DNA from: Mobula hypostoma
Lineage: Eukaryota
DNA: 64,000 nucleotides
Direction: 5' to 3'
NCBI RefSeq assembly: GCF_963921235.1
Contig: NC_086129.1
Span: 20,460,001-20,524,000 of the forward strand
Translations under genes and position numbers: made by a program
Shown here: in pieces, positions 62,643 through 64,000 of the stretch
How positions within the stretch are numbered: position 1 is the stretch's first letter
Layout: every line of letters begins with the position of its first letter
The notes under the pieces: generated by a model
Seen by the model: only the letters and a program-made list of their open reading frames with translations
Database searches by the model: none
What the model was told of the DNA's origin: nothing

Positions 62643-64000
62643 GTGTTTGTGCAGGAGGAAACGACAGAAGCCAGCTTAGTAAAATTATATGAAGAGGTCA
62701 GGGCAGAAGAGAAGGAAAAGTGGAGGAGAGAAGCAGCAAAGGAGGGATCAGATGGGTGCTGGACACACGGGGAGGAAAGGGTCGTGGTGGCCCCACCCTG
62801 TATTAGGCAGATACTACTAAAGTTATATCATGGGGCGATGCATCAGGGAAGGCAGAGCATGATCACAGCCCTCCAGCAGGACTGGTGGTGGCCAGGGATG
62901 GGCGGGGATGTTGAGAAATTCTGCCACTGTTGTATCATTTGTGCCCAGCATTACCCTGGTAAGGGCAGAAAGCTGCAGCTGGCCAATCAGCCTTGGTCGA
63001 GGAGACCCTGGGAAAACATCCAGATAGACTTCACAGGGCCCCCGCCAAAAAGCAGGGGGAAGAGCTACTATCTTAGTAATTATGGATCACTTCACTCGGT
63101 GGGTAGAGGCTTTCCCAACAAGGGACTGCACTGCCCGCACTGCTGCATGGATCCTAGTCAGGAAATCCTCCCAAGGTGGGGAACCCCAGTTCAGGTGGAT
63201 TCAGATCAGGGAGCACATTTCACGGAGAAAGTGATGAAGGAAATGTGTCGACTGCTAGGGATTCGACAACGGTTTCACGTACCCTACCACCCCCAGAGTT
63301 CAGGGATGGTTGAAAGGATGAACCGAACAATCAAGAATGCATTATCCAAAGCTATAGCTGAGACAGGAAAGACATGGGTTGATGTATTACCAGGAATCCT
63401 GATGAGATTGCGTGCAACCCTGAACCGCACGTTGGGTCTCAGCCCCTACGAATTATTGACGGGGCGAGCAATGCGACTCCCTTATGGGGTAGTTACGGGT
63501 TGTGGGGAGCCTGGGGCTTACAGGGATAGAATGACCCAATATGCGAAAGACCTTTGTAACCAACTTAAAGTATTAAAGGACCGAGCGAAATAACAACAGC
63601 GAATCGCTGACCAGAGAGAGCCAGAGGGAAAGGGGATAGTTCTTCTGCAGCCCGGCAACCAAGTTATGGTGAGGGTGCTGCCGGAAAGTCCAGGGTTTGC
63701 CCCCAGGTGGATAGGACCACAGACAGTACTCTTAACCAATGATACGTGTGTCTGTGTACAGACTCAGCGAGGCAGCCAGTGGAAACACTGGACTCAGGTT
63801 AAAGCAAACAACTCACCCTCTTGTTGCTCCCACAGACAGAGTGGGGAACCAAGTGTACTCAGTAACCATGTAATTACAGAGAACCTAAGAGAGGAACACC
63901 AGCTGGCCATGCCAGACCTGACCACAGCTGATGAAAACATACCCGGAGAAAACGCAAAGGCAGAAAACGCTGAGAGCGTGGCAGAAGACACTGAGAGCGT
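62643..64000 (+). mobile_element. Endogenous retrovirus pol integrase (class I/epsilon-like), disrupted; continues off the right edge
   Basis: HHCC (LYHGAMHQG...CIICAQH), WENIQIDFTG, VDSDQGAHFT, YHPQSSGMVERMNRTIK; downstream PRWIGPETVLLT...WKHWTQVK C-terminal domain. Confidence 0.85.

Overview
Eukaryotic, repeat-dominated vertebrate DNA. The CR1, Rex/Babar, Penelope and V-SINE repertoire suggests a cartilaginous fish, probably a ray (inference). No spliced host gene could be supported. Most of the window is nested transposon debris: CR1 and Rex/Babar LINEs, Penelope-like elements (PLEs, one nearly complete RT plus GIY-YIG copy), two hAT DNA transposons and a MITE, solo LTRs, a deleted Gypsy element, an ERV integrase and an I/Nimb-type LINE ORF1. 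Three things stand out. (1) A 1.46-kb tandem array at 44343-49381 holds three intact, intronless Jupiter-family (JPT1/HN1-JPT2/HN1L) ORFs that differ mostly at amino-acid-changing sites, and it lies between two halves of an LTR-like sequence. (2) A non-autonomous RTE-derived insertion starts exactly at a complete HDV-like ribozyme fold with non-canonical paired substitutions (61506-61650). (3) There are many minimal type I hammerhead ribozymes in PLE termini, including TSD-flanked mini-insertions of about 95-145 bp that begin at the ribozyme boundary. All alignments and counts were done by eye, and boundaries of degraded repeats are approximate.
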